Origin: a virus
Virus record (IMG/VR): IMGVR_UViG_3300022744_000001
Location: 130,022 to 194,021 of that record
Direction: 5' to 3' (one strand)
DNA: 64,000 nt
This document shows, one piece after another, positions 26,750-36,042 of the stretch. Each line of letters opens with the position of its first letter. Position 1 is the stretch's first letter. Under the pieces are notes generated by a model. It was not told where the DNA came from, ran no database searches, and worked only from the letters and a program-made list of their open reading frames with translations. The translations under genes were made by a program, and so were the position numbers.

Positions 26750-27256
26750 CTAGCGGTCTTGCAGCTTCCCGCGACGGTGGATCGTGACGGCGTTCCAGAA
26801 CGCAGTGTCGAGTCTCGGGTGCCCTTCCGTGATGTTGCCGATGCCCACGATCCAGAACGGCTCCCGGCGGTTCCCTTCGAGGGGCTCGACGCTCAGGCTG
26901 ATCTGGTAAGCCGGGACGCTCGCCCTGTCGGCAAGGTGTAGAAGTAGTCGCATGACTTCGGCGGAAGCCTCGGGGCTCAGGACGTCCTCGGGCACCGGCG
27001 GCTGCTTCTTTGCCTCCGCGTTCGCGACGAGCTGGCGGTTCTCTTCCAGGGTCAGGCCCCCGAAGTTCGGGTTGCGGACGCCCAGGGCAATCTCAGCCAG
27101 GCAGCGAGGACAGTTGCCCGTGGCCCAGTGATCACCCTCGTACTCCTCGCTCTGGTGTTTGAGGTTGAGGATGTGTTCGAGAGCTGCTTTGGTCTCTGGC
27201 TTCATTAGCGAAGGTTCGACTGTTCTCCACCGCAATTCAAGCTCTTCCCTGTTCAT
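26750..27256 (-). CDS. hypothetical protein
   Basis: 168 aa. Confidence 0.55.
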   Translation of the reverse strand: MNREELELRWRTVEPSLMKPETKAALEHILNLKHQSEEYEGDHWATGNCPRCLAEIALGVRNPNFGGLTLEENRQLVANAEAKKQPPVPEDVLSPEASAEVMRLLLHLADRASVPAYQISLSVEPLEGNRREPFWIVGIGNITEGHPRLDTAFWNAVTIHRRGKLQDR

Positions 27257-27281
27257 CCCCCTAAACCTCCAAGGTTTCCCT

Positions 27282-27770
27282 ATGGCATCCGCCGAAGAAG
27301 TGCAAGCGTTTGTAGAGAATCTCGCAGAAAACCTTCAAGCCAGGCTCGAGCTACCCCGGGTCTATGTCCAGGTCAGCACGCACGGTACGTGGCGCATCGA
27401 AGCCCATCTCCTCGAGAACGGGGGTGAGGGTCAGGCCACAGCGGAGCATGTAACCCTGGAAGAAACCATCGTGGAGTTTGAGGAGAGCGTCCAGAAGGAG
27501 CGGGACCGCATCGTCGCGGCCATGGACTGGTCGGACTGCATCGACACGGAGGAGGCTTCCAAAGGTCGCCTGGAGGCCATCGAGGCCCAGCTAGCGGCCC
27601 GGTTCGGGCTCACGGGTGACGTGCGCGCCCAGCTCCGCCAGATGGATTTGGAAAACAAGCTGGACGAGGACAACTTGGTAGCAGATTGGCACCAGGAAGT
27701 GGCTTGGTACGAGAGCTGCTGGGAAGATAACCCGAGTCAAATCGAGCCACTAGAGACCCAATCTCATTGA
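27282..27770 (+). CDS. hypothetical acidic protein
   Basis: 162 aa. Confidence 0.6.
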   Translation: MASAEEVQAFVENLAENLQARLELPRVYVQVSTHGTWRIEAHLLENGGEGQATAEHVTLEETIVEFEESVQKERDRIVAAMDWSDCIDTEEASKGRLEAIEAQLAARFGLTGDVRAQLRQMDLENKLDEDNLVADWHQEVAWYESCWEDNPSQIEPLETQSH

Positions 27771-27783
27771 CTTTCAGCCTAAA

Positions 27784-27829
27784 CCGAACCAGGCCAGCAA
27801 CGAAAAACCGTTGCGTTTGCCTGGTTCGG
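27784..27829 (+). terminator. long imperfect hairpin (terminator or RNA structure)
   Basis: CCGAACCAGGC...GCCTGGTTCGG 11-bp stem plus an inner GCAACG/CGTTGC stem around an AAAAA loop, directly after the stop at 27770. Confidence 0.4.
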
Positions 27830-27863
27830 TGTAAAGAGAGGCGAAAATCAACGCGGGGTAGCT

Positions 27864-28529
27864 GTGGCGGACGAGAAGAAACCAGAGAAGCCGAAGAAAA
27901 GCTGGACAACGCTGTTCGTGCGGGACGAAGAGGAAGCCCCCGCTGCGGCCCCTCCCGTGCCTGCACCTATCCCTGGGGCGGCTACCCGCCCTGCGGTGAT
28001 TCCTATGCCCGCTCCCATGCCTGTGGCGGAGGTGGTGGACCAGGGGATGGTGGACCGCATCCTCGGCGCGCTCCTGGAGTCGGCTCCGGAGGGGTACAAG
28101 GATTTCGTCGCGGACCTGTCCACGCTGGCGGAGGCTCTGCCGACTGAGGACCTGCTCTACAAGGCCGCGCTACGGCTCGCGGTGAGCAAACAGGGGCACT
28201 CGGTGCCCGGGCTCCTGCTCGACTTCGACAAGTGCCTTCGCTTGCTCGAGGAACAGGACCGGTCCTTCAACGTTGATGTGGAAGAGCAGGTCAAGAATCG
28301 GGTCGGGGGTCGCCAAGCCGAGGTCGCTCGCTTGGAAGGGGAAATCAACGCGCTGCGAGAGCAGATGGCCCAGCTCCAAGCTCAGCGAGATGCCGAAGCA
28401 GCGGCCATCGCAACCGACACGGCGAAAATCGAGTCGGCCAAGGTGAAGTTCAAGGGGGCCTACCAAGTGGCCTACTCCCAGCTCCTCGACCAGAAGAACA
28501 AGCTTTCGCTGTATGGCGGAAAGGGTTGA
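27864..28529 (+). CDS. coiled-coil protein (PspA-like composition)
   Basis: GTG start; Pro/Ala-rich N-terminus then long Ala/Glu/Gln heptads. Confidence 0.65.
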   Translation: MADEKKPEKPKKSWTTLFVRDEEEAPAAAPPVPAPIPGAATRPAVIPMPAPMPVAEVVDQGMVDRILGALLESAPEGYKDFVADLSTLAEALPTEDLLYKAALRLAVSKQGHSVPGLLLDFDKCLRLLEEQDRSFNVDVEEQVKNRVGGRQAEVARLEGEINALREQMAQLQAQRDAEAAAIATDTAKIESAKVKFKGAYQVAYSQLLDQKNKLSLYGGKG

Positions 28530-29581
28530 ACGTCGTGAACCAGATCGTGAAAAAGAGCTACTGGGAGAAGCCAGAGGGCAAGTTGGGGGCAGGTCTTCTC
28601 ACGGTAGGAACCGTGGGCGCTGGCATCGCAGGACTGCTCTTCTGGTCGCAGATCGTGACCTGGGTAATCGCCCTGCTCGCGAACACGCTGATCGCAGCGG
28701 GTTTGGGCATTGCCGTCATCACCTTGTTTTTCCTGGCCACGAACCCCAACATTCAGGCGGCCATTGAGTTCCTCTTCAAGCGAGGGACGTACAACCTGAC
28801 CAACGCGATCTACACGATCGACCCCATCGGCGTGCTCCGTGTCGCGGTCATGAACATGCGCAAAAAGGTCAAGGAAATGACCGCGCTGAAGCAAGACCTT
28901 GCGCAGCACGTCAAGCTCCTTGCTCGCACGATCCGGCAGAACGAGGCGGAAAGCCAGAAGGCAGCCCAGAGTCTCGAGAGACTGGACAAGTACGATCGCT
29001 TCGTCGAGAAGCGGCAGGCTGAACGTCTCGCCAACTCAAACGTGGACTATCGTGCGGCCCTCAAGCAGCTCCAGGGTATCGACGCGTGCTTGGACATCTA
29101 CATCAAGGTGACGACGGCGCTGGCCCAGGACTCGGAGAACGAGGCCAACAACCAAGAGAAGGACCGCAACAACCTGCTCAAGAGTCACCGCATCCTCAAG
29201 GCCGCGGCCAAGACTTTGAAGGACCATGAGGCGGCGATGGATATGTTCAACCAGGGCTTGGAAATCCTGGTCGCTGAGCGTACGAACCTTCTCGCTGAGG
29301 TGGACAACTTCGCCCAAATCATCACGGATGCCGTGGGCAAGATCGACGTCGATGCTGGCATCGTCGGTCCCGACGGCAACACGGTCAACGAGTGGGAGCA
29401 GAACGCCCACGTGCTCGAGAAGAAGGTGGACCTGCTTCTCCTCGGTCCCGGTCAGCCCAACCCGCTGAACACAGCGATCGACGCAACCCCCAAGAACCTC
29501 GCCTACGCGAACCGAACCACGAAGAGGGTCACTGGTCGTTCGACCTATACCGACCTGTTCGGCGACGACGACAAGAAGTGA
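28526..29581 (+). CDS. membrane-anchored coiled-coil protein
   Basis: Two N-terminal TM helices then ~250 aa of coiled-coil; TTG or GTG start. Confidence 0.7.
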   Translation: MNVVNQIVKKSYWEKPEGKLGAGLLTVGTVGAGIAGLLFWSQIVTWVIALLANTLIAAGLGIAVITLFFLATNPNIQAAIEFLFKRGTYNLTNAIYTIDPIGVLRVAVMNMRKKVKEMTALKQDLAQHVKLLARTIRQNEAESQKAAQSLERLDKYDRFVEKRQAERLANSNVDYRAALKQLQGIDACLDIYIKVTTALAQDSENEANNQEKDRNNLLKSHRILKAAAKTLKDHEAAMDMFNQGLEILVAERTNLLAEVDNFAQIITDAVGKIDVDAGIVGPDGNTVNEWEQNAHVLEKKVDLLLLGPGQPNPLNTAIDATPKNLAYANRTTKRVTGRSTYTDLFGDDDKK

Positions 29582-29617
29582 ACGTTTTCTAGGGCAAGAA
29601 AGAAGGAATCAAATCAA

Positions 29618-31306
29618 ATGGCATCGAGACTAACACCCCTGACCAAAGGCATCATTGGCGCCGTTCTTTTCGGCGGGATGGCCTACGGGTACATGCACCT
29701 GAAGAAGAACGGCACCATCCCCGCGAGCCCCGAGGCCGCGGAGGCTGCCAACAACGCCAGTGGCGGGGGAGAGGCGTTCCCGGCCCTTGGCGGCGGAGGC
29801 GGCGGCAACAAAGCCTTCCTGAGCGACGTAGGCACCATGGCGAACCCCCTCACGGTGAGCCTGGTGGAGTTCCAGGGGTACGCAGGCTTGCTCGCTGCGA
29901 ACGGTGGCTCCCTGGTCACCCAGCCGGGCTCCATCATGGCGGAGAAGGGAGTCTACGTGAAGGCCATCCTCCAGAACGACGTCCCGGCCCTGCCCGCCCT
30001 GTTTGGCTCGGGCATCGCCCACTGCGCGTGGCGAACCTCGGACTTCTGGGCTCAGGAGCAGCCGAACGTTCGCACGGCGGGCTTCGACGGCCGCGGCATC
30101 GTGATCGTGGACAACACCCAAGGTGCGGACGCGATCATCGCCAAAGACCCCGCGATTCGTAGCGTCGAGGACTTGGCAGGGCACACCGTGGGCCTCTTGG
30201 AGTTCACCCCGTCCCACGGCCTTCTGCTCTACGCCCTCGAGAATTCGAGCCTCAGCGCCCGGAAGCAAGCATCGGTCAAGGTCATCCCCACCAACATCGA
30301 TGAGGGGCTCGCTGGGGTCCGCGCCCAGCTCGAGAGCAGCAACGTGGATGCCGTGGTGCTCTGGGACCCGGAGCTGTCCGTGGCTCTGGAGACCATCCCC
30401 GGTGCCCACGTGGTCTATTCGACCAAGGACGCCAGCTCGCTCATCTACGACGTCATGGTATGCGACAACCGAATCGTGTCGGACAAGGCCAACGACGACG
30501 TCCTGACCGCTTTCGTGGATGGCTGGCTCGAGGGCAACAAGCGGGTCAATGCCAACCCGAAGCTCGGCACCCAGGCGCTCGTCGCCAACGAGGAGATGTA
30601 CAAGCTCCTGGCTGGAAAGAAGAGCCCCGAGTTCATCACGCACCTGTTCAAAAACCTGGTGCTCACCAACCTGACGGACAACGTGCGCATCCTCGGCTTG
30701 GCAGGAGACACAAACCAGTACGAGAACGTCTATGCCATGTTCGATCGCATCTACCGCGGCACGAAACGCACGCTGAAGGACCAGAACGCACCGATCATTC
30801 AGCCGAGCAACTCGTTCGAGTACAAGTACATCAAGAGGTTGCAGGCGAAGGACTCGTCCGTGACGGCCGCGGCTCAGAAGCCGGAGTTCGTGTTCACGGC
30901 AAGCGAGGCCCAGGTGGCGGCCAAGAAGGCCCCCGTGCTCACCAAGCCGGTCGAGATCAACTTCGCCACCAACAGCACGGAGTTGACCAAGGACGGTGAG
31001 AACGTCATCGACAACGACCTCATGCCGATCCTCCAGAGCAACAGCTCGGCCTACGTGCGCGTCAGTGGCAACACGGACTCGACGGGCTCCGCCGCGGTCA
31101 ACCATCGCATCTCCTACGGCCGCGCCAACGTCGTGGTGAAGTACATGGTCGAGCAGTGGGGTATCAGCCACGACCGTTTCCTGGTCGAAGGTAACGGCCC
31201 GGATAAACCCCTCTGCAACGAGCTGAGCCCCGAAGACGGCCTCTCCCTTGAGCAGTGCCGTGCCCGTAACCGCACAACCCGAGTAGCTGTCCTCCCAAGA
31301 GAATGA
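29618..31306 (+). CDS. ABC transporter substrate-binding protein (NMT1/SsuA-like) fused to a C-terminal OmpA/MotB-like domain
   Basis: N-terminal TM/signal; SsuA/TauA-like periplasmic binding fold; the C-terminal ...VSGNTDSTGSAAVNHRISYGRANVV...NRTTRVAVL matches the OmpA-C peptidoglycan-binding motif. Confidence 0.8.
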   Translation: MASRLTPLTKGIIGAVLFGGMAYGYMHLKKNGTIPASPEAAEAANNASGGGEAFPALGGGGGGNKAFLSDVGTMANPLTVSLVEFQGYAGLLAANGGSLVTQPGSIMAEKGVYVKAILQNDVPALPALFGSGIAHCAWRTSDFWAQEQPNVRTAGFDGRGIVIVDNTQGADAIIAKDPAIRSVEDLAGHTVGLLEFTPSHGLLLYALENSSLSARKQASVKVIPTNIDEGLAGVRAQLESSNVDAVVLWDPELSVALETIPGAHVVYSTKDASSLIYDVMVCDNRIVSDKANDDVLTAFVDGWLEGNKRVNANPKLGTQALVANEEMYKLLAGKKSPEFITHLFKNLVLTNLTDNVRILGLAGDTNQYENVYAMFDRIYRGTKRTLKDQNAPIIQPSNSFEYKYIKRLQAKDSSVTAAAQKPEFVFTASEAQVAAKKAPVLTKPVEINFATNSTELTKDGENVIDNDLMPILQSNSSAYVRVSGNTDSTGSAAVNHRISYGRANVVVKYMVEQWGISHDRFLVEGNGPDKPLCNELSPEDGLSLEQCRARNRTTRVAVLPRE

Positions 31307-31551
31307 CCGACTGGGAGACAGCCTGGGTTGTCCTTGTGGTGGTGCTTGTGCCGCCGCTCCTGTCCCCCTTCCTGGCAGTCTGGGTGTACCCGATTCAGGC
31401 GGGGTTGTACCTGCCGTTTTGCGCGCTGCTCTACCTGGTCAGTCGGAAGGGTCGAGATAGTCGAGAGAGGTTTACCCAGGGGTTCTGTGTTGCAGTTTTC
31501 GTAGCCCAAATAGCGGGCTTCGTTCTTTACCTAGCCGCGCACATCGAATGA
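31303..31551 (+). CDS. small membrane protein
   Basis: Two TM segments. Confidence 0.45.
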   Translation: MTDWETAWVVLVVVLVPPLLSPFLAVWVYPIQAGLYLPFCALLYLVSRKGRDSRERFTQGFCVAVFVAQIAGFVLYLAAHIE

Positions 31552-31557
31552 GGAGTC

Positions 31558-32343
31558 ATGTGGAATCCGTATAAATCGCTGCCCGCCACGACGGGGAACG
31601 CTTTGAGTGTAGGGTCGGTTGCTGTGGTGCTCTTGGTCTGGTCGCTGCTGAGCGGCTTGGACATTGTGCCGCCCTCCAAGCTCCCGTCGCCCTGGGAGAC
31701 CGCACAGGCTCTTGTTCACTTGGCTTGGGACGGCAAGGAGAGCTTGCTCGGGCAAGCCATCCTGGCCTCGGTCATGCGCATCGTGTGGGCCAGCATCTTC
31801 GTGTTCGTCATCGGCATCATCTTCGGCGTGGGAATGGGGGCTTCCCCGGTCATCAATGCGATCATCTCGCCCCTCATTGACCCGTTTCGTTCTGCCCCGG
31901 TGGCGGCGCTTCTGCCCATCCTGATCATGTGGTTTGGCATCGGCGAGACCATGAAAGTCGTGTTCCTGTACATCGGCGCCGTGGTCTACTTCATCCCCAT
32001 GGTTCGGGATGCGGTTCGTAGCGTCCCACAGAACTACTGGATCAGTGCCTACGACTTGAACGCAACGAAGTTCGAGTCGGTGATGAAAGGCGTGGTCCCC
32101 CTGGCCAAACCCCGTATCGCGGATGCCTTCGTGGCGGCAGTGTCCATCGAGTGGACGTACATCACGGTGGCGGAGTTCGTGAATGCGCAATCCGGGCTCG
32201 GCCAGATCATCTCGAATGCGAAGCGGTTCTCAGCGATGGACAGCATCTTTGCCACCATCGGCGTGATCATCGCGCTCGCCCTCATCACCTACCACGGCAT
32301 GATGGCGATCAAAAAGAACCTCTACCCCTGGGAAGTCGAGTAG
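31558..32343 (+). CDS. ABC transporter permease (SsuC/TauC/NrtB-type)
   Basis: Six TM helices with a BPD-type permease loop. Confidence 0.85.
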   Translation: MWNPYKSLPATTGNALSVGSVAVVLLVWSLLSGLDIVPPSKLPSPWETAQALVHLAWDGKESLLGQAILASVMRIVWASIFVFVIGIIFGVGMGASPVINAIISPLIDPFRSAPVAALLPILIMWFGIGETMKVVFLYIGAVVYFIPMVRDAVRSVPQNYWISAYDLNATKFESVMKGVVPLAKPRIADAFVAAVSIEWTYITVAEFVNAQSGLGQIISNAKRFSAMDSIFATIGVIIALALITYHGMMAIKKNLYPWEVE

Positions 32344-32345
32344 CC

Positions 32346-32684
32346 ATGGAAGTTCGCCTTCGAAGGGATACCTCCCGACCTACCGAGTACATGATGCGCT
32401 GGCTTGGTGCTGTAGCGGCCCTCCACGCGTTTCGGGAGCACCAGGACCGAACCAAGCGGCCCACTGCATGGTCGCATCACGATACTTTGGCTCTCATCGC
32501 CACGAATGTTCGCAAGCATATGACCGACCCGAGATGGTTTCTCCGGCCCACGGAGGAAGACATCACGAAGGTCATCGCGTACGGGCACGAGAACTTTCGC
32601 GAATACCTCAGTGATGGGTTGAGAGACCTGAACCAACTTCAAACCTTCTTTGATCTTCTCAACCAGGACGCCGTGGCATCATGA
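32346..32684 (+). CDS. hypothetical protein inside the ABC operon
   Basis: 113 aa between the permease and ATPase genes. Confidence 0.5.
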   Translation: MEVRLRRDTSRPTEYMMRWLGAVAALHAFREHQDRTKRPTAWSHHDTLALIATNVRKHMTDPRWFLRPTEEDITKVIAYGHENFREYLSDGLRDLNQLQTFFDLLNQDAVAS

Positions 32685-33544
32685 GTGAAAACACGAAATA
32701 CCCCATGCTTGTCCTTGACAAGATCACGCAGGACTTCCCTTCCCCAGAGGGTCCGGTACGAGTTCTCGACGACATTTCACTCGCCTTCGACGGTCCTGGG
32801 ATGAACATGCTCATGGGGCCCTCGGGCTCGGGCAAGTCCACGCTCATGCGGCTCATGGGCGGCGTGCGCATTCCTTTCGACGTGAAGTGCCCGACGTCCG
32901 GCCGAATCTTCATCGACGGCAAGGAAGTGGGAGACGACCAGCACGACGACGTGGTGACCGTCTTCCAAGCGTACAACAACCGGCCCGACCTCACTGTGTT
33001 CGAGAACGTCATGTTCCCGTTCACCCTGAAATACTGGCGAAAGAAGGTCTCCAAGGAAGAGGCCAAGAAGCGGGTGACCGACATACTCGAGGTCGTGGGT
33101 CTGGCGGACAAGGCCAAGCTCCGGCCCGCGGCCCTCAGCGGCGGCCAGAAGCAGCGTGTGGCCATCGCTCGAGCCCTGGCCCTCCGCCCCCGCATCCTGC
33201 TCATGGACGAACCTTTCGGCGCGCTCGACGCCCAGACCCGGGCGGACCTGCAACGGTTCATGGTCAAGATGCACAAGGAATACCCGTGCCTCACCATCTT
33301 CGTGACCCATGACGTCACGGAGGCCATCACGTTGGGGGATCGGATCATCGTGCTCTCTGCTCGACCGGCACGCATTGCAGAGCAGATCGTGGTCGCCCAA
33401 CCCCAAGACCAGCGGGCGGAATGGCTGCACTCGGCGGAGGCCAAGCTGTACGAACAGCAGATCATCCAGGTCTTGCAGAACACGAAAAGCCCTGGCCAGG
33501 TTCGTGTCAGCGTCGGCGTGAGCCCCGCTCCGGCAACCCCGTGA
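32681..33544 (+). CDS. ABC transporter ATP-binding protein
   Basis: Walker A GPSGSGKST, signature LSGGQKQR, Walker B ILLMDEP, H-loop VTHD. Confidence 0.9.
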   Translation: MSENTKYPMLVLDKITQDFPSPEGPVRVLDDISLAFDGPGMNMLMGPSGSGKSTLMRLMGGVRIPFDVKCPTSGRIFIDGKEVGDDQHDDVVTVFQAYNNRPDLTVFENVMFPFTLKYWRKKVSKEEAKKRVTDILEVVGLADKAKLRPAALSGGQKQRVAIARALALRPRILLMDEPFGALDAQTRADLQRFMVKMHKEYPCLTIFVTHDVTEAITLGDRIIVLSARPARIAEQIVVAQPQDQRAEWLHSAEAKLYEQQIIQVLQNTKSPGQVRVSVGVSPAPATP

Positions 33545-33726
33545 CCGACAAGCGCAAGATTTTGATCCGAACCCTTCTCGCGGAAACGGGTGCTTCCTAC
33601 AGCACGTGTGCGAAGTACCTCGACAAGCACAAAGGGAACTACGACACGGCCCTGGCTGAGCTGAAATTCGGCCCGAAAAAGAAGGGAGGACGACGTGCCC
33701 GCAGTGCAGAAGACCCCAAAGCCTAG
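33541..33726 (+). CDS. small UBA-like protein
   Basis: GTG start; ILIRTLLAETGASYSTCAKYLDKHKGNYDTALAEL resembles the EF-Ts N-terminal UBA-like helices. Confidence 0.45.
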   Translation: MTDKRKILIRTLLAETGASYSTCAKYLDKHKGNYDTALAELKFGPKKKGGRRARSAEDPKA

Positions 33727-33973
33727 ATGCAAGCACGAGGTCGAAGAGGGCGGTGGGTCGCACTCGTGGTTCACTCAGTGTAGCCGAGCCGAGCACCACA
33801 CGGGGGAGCACCGCTACCACCTCTCGTTCAAGGAAATGTTGGCCGAGGGCACGGCGGTCTACAACATCGAGCGCGAAACCAAGTGCCGTGAGCAAGAAAT
33901 CGTAAAGCATCACGAGCAAATCGCGAAGCTGCAAGAAGAGATCAAGAACCTACGAACGAAGGGCGAGCCATGA
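33695..33973 (+). CDS. hypothetical protein
   Basis: GTG start preceded by GGAGGA. Confidence 0.5.
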   Translation: MPAVQKTPKPRCKHEVEEGGGSHSWFTQCSRAEHHTGEHRYHLSFKEMLAEGTAVYNIERETKCREQEIVKHHEQIAKLQEEIKNLRTKGEP

Positions 33974-34836
33974 CCAACGCAGAAATTACGAGGCACGAGG
34001 TTGAGGCCCTCTACAGCCGTGAGGCTGTTGTTGAGCCGGTCATGCGAGCCATTGGTCGCGCATGCGAAGAGCCGATGGCCATGGTTCGGTTTCTGAGTCG
34101 GTACGCCAACCTCAACGGGTGGTTTGGTTCCGGCGTGGCGGCCCTGGCGGGCAAGATTGGCCGCAGTCGTTCTGTGTTCCTCGACCCCGAGGAGCCCATC
34201 GAGGATATTGCGGATCGTTCTGTGCTCGTGGGCTCGTATTTCTTCGACGCGGCTCGAGACGAGTTCGACGACCGGGATACGCCTCATCGGGATACACACC
34301 GGTGCCTTGCTCAAGCGTGCATCAAAGCCACGTATTTTTACTACCTGAATACAAGCCAACTGAGGGGCCACCAGGTTTTCACGACCGTCAATGAGATGCT
34401 CAAACAACCGTTGTGGTTGCAGGGCATCGGGTCGCGAGTGGCCACGGGCTACGGCGTGACCACGTCGGACATCAGCATCGAGTTGTTCCGCTCCATGGGC
34501 TACCACTTGGGGAGCGAGATTCTGGCCGACGCGGAGTTCTCTCTGATCGACGTGGCCATGCGAAATCGGCTCCCTGCTTTGACCCACTACCTCCAAACCA
34601 CGGAGGTCGAAATCGCAGGACAGAAGCACAACGGGTACGCCTGGATCGGCTTACACTCGGGTCATGGGGCATCCAAGGAAGCCGACCACTTCGCTTGGGC
34701 AACCCAGGGGGTCAATGAGGCGCTCAAGTACACCCGTCCGGAGAACCGAGACGAGCTGCGTCACCAAGTGCACCTGGGAATCGGCTCGTTCGTGCGTGAC
34801 CACCAGGAGTTCTTCGCTCACGTGAGTCTCGACTGA
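33970..34836 (+). CDS. hypothetical protein (possibly a heme-oxygenase-like helical fold)
   Basis: 288 aa, all-helical; His/Asp-rich HRDTHRC...DHFAWAT segments. Confidence 0.6.
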   Translation: MTNAEITRHEVEALYSREAVVEPVMRAIGRACEEPMAMVRFLSRYANLNGWFGSGVAALAGKIGRSRSVFLDPEEPIEDIADRSVLVGSYFFDAARDEFDDRDTPHRDTHRCLAQACIKATYFYYLNTSQLRGHQVFTTVNEMLKQPLWLQGIGSRVATGYGVTTSDISIELFRSMGYHLGSEILADAEFSLIDVAMRNRLPALTHYLQTTEVEIAGQKHNGYAWIGLHSGHGASKEADHFAWATQGVNEALKYTRPENRDELRHQVHLGIGSFVRDHQEFFAHVSLD

Positions 34837-35135
34837 TGACTCCGGATGAAGCAGTTGCAGCTCTGGAAAAGGCGGGCTTGGTAGCCCAGCACTTCACGGA
34901 GAGGGACGAATACCTCCGCATTCAAGGCGGGACGTCCATACAAGTACGTGGAGGCTTCAGGGGGTATGTGAACCCCTTCGTGGTTGCTGAGCTAGACGAC
35001 GGGACTTACGAGGCCATCCTTCCACGGCCCGGTTACGTACATCCTCACATCGTGCCGGTGGAGTCGTTGGAGGCCGCGGTGGGCGCCGTGCTCGAGAACT
35101 TCCACGCCTCCCCTTTGACGATCGGGGACGAATAG
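34836..35135 (+). CDS. hypothetical protein
   Basis: 99 aa. Confidence 0.5.
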   Translation: MTPDEAVAALEKAGLVAQHFTERDEYLRIQGGTSIQVRGGFRGYVNPFVVAELDDGTYEAILPRPGYVHPHIVPVESLEAAVGAVLENFHASPLTIGDE

Positions 35136-35356
35136 AAAGACAGGAACACCAGCTCCTGTTGCTTGCCCGTCGCGGGGTTGAACAGCATCAGCTTGGCGCC
35201 GGGAGTGGCTTTGAGCATCTCGTAGATGGCGTAGTAGGTCCTCAACGCATCGCGAAGCACACCTGAAACAGAGGATACCCGAGTCTCCCTCTTCAGCTCG
35301 TTGAGCAACGACGTGTACTTCTCATTGAGATTCAACTGGATTCTCTTATCAGCCAT
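35045..35356 (-). CDS. ribbon-helix-helix-like protein
   Basis: MADKRIQLNLNEKYTSLLNELKRE... fits a beta-strand followed by two helices; the C-terminal extent is uncertain. Confidence 0.5.
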   Translation of the reverse strand: MADKRIQLNLNEKYTSLLNELKRETRVSSVSGVLRDALRTYYAIYEMLKATPGAKLMLFNPATGKQQELVFLSFYSSPIVKGEAWKFSSTAPTAASNDSTGTM

Positions 35357-35386
35357 GTGGCTACTAACACCGGTGTAGAGGGTGCC

Positions 35387-35833
35387 ATGAGAGTTTCCTA
35401 TGGAAGAAGGCTCGGCAAACGGAAGCTGAAGAAGCTGCTTGGGGCGCACACCTTCAACCGTCTTACCGAGATGCCCGCGGCCCCCAAGGTCGGGGACATC
35501 ATCACGACGTGCGAGGGGCTCAACCGGATCATCACCGTGATCAACCCCGACATCCGGCGAGTTCGGAACCGCGCCGCAATCATGGACTACGAAATCCTGG
35601 TGGACTCGGGGATGTACCACTCACTTCTCAGCTGCTGTAACTGGCCAGCGCTGACCAAGGCTGAGATTGAGAAGGACTGGGCCTACTGGGCCACGCCAGA
35701 GGGTCGGAAGCAGGTCGCAGACGACTACGGGTGCCCAGAATGGATAACCGTCGCGGAGGCTCTTGCGAACGGGGAAATCTTGTTCGATGAGCGTGGGGTT
35801 CCCACGGCCCGGTACAACGAGCTGAGAACCTGA
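35387..35833 (+). CDS. hypothetical protein
   Basis: ACCGGTGTAGAGGGTGCCATG motif at the start. Confidence 0.6.
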   Translation: MRVSYGRRLGKRKLKKLLGAHTFNRLTEMPAAPKVGDIITTCEGLNRIITVINPDIRRVRNRAAIMDYEILVDSGMYHSLLSCCNWPALTKAEIEKDWAYWATPEGRKQVADDYGCPEWITVAEALANGEILFDERGVPTARYNELRT

Positions 35834-35853
35834 TCCGGTGTACTAGGGGCATG
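35833..35853 (+). promoter_or_regulatory. start-proximal promoter-like motif (class 1)
   Basis: CCGGTGTACTAGGGGCATG. Confidence 0.45.
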
Positions 35854-36042
35854 AAGGTCAAGCTCCAATCGAGGGATGGTGAACCTGTTGCGGAGATCGA
35901 AATCCCGCTCTTCAAGATGCTCCCAGGGGTCATTGTGTGGGGAGAGCGAACATTCGTGCACTACGGCCCGGATCTTAGCCCCTCCAACCCCCTCACTCCC
36001 GTGTACATGGAAGTGTTCGCCTATACGGTACCCGTCGTATGA
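35851..36042 (+). CDS. small hypothetical protein
   Basis: CCGGTGTACTAGGGGCATG motif, identical core to the one at 7468. Confidence 0.45.
   Translation: MKVKLQSRDGEPVAEIEIPLFKMLPGVIVWGERTFVHYGPDLSPSNPLTPVYMEVFAYTVPVV

Noticed and set aside
29630-31171. 513-aa ORF on the minus strand
   Set aside because: Runs antisense across the substrate-binding-protein gene; Arg/Gly/Asp/Leu-rich low-complexity translation typical of antisense frames in GC-rich DNA; no motifs.
32659-33934. Two overlapping minus-strand ORFs of 371 and 385 aa
   Set aside because: Antisense to the ABC ATPase gene, which has all canonical motifs; Arg/Ser/Pro-rich.
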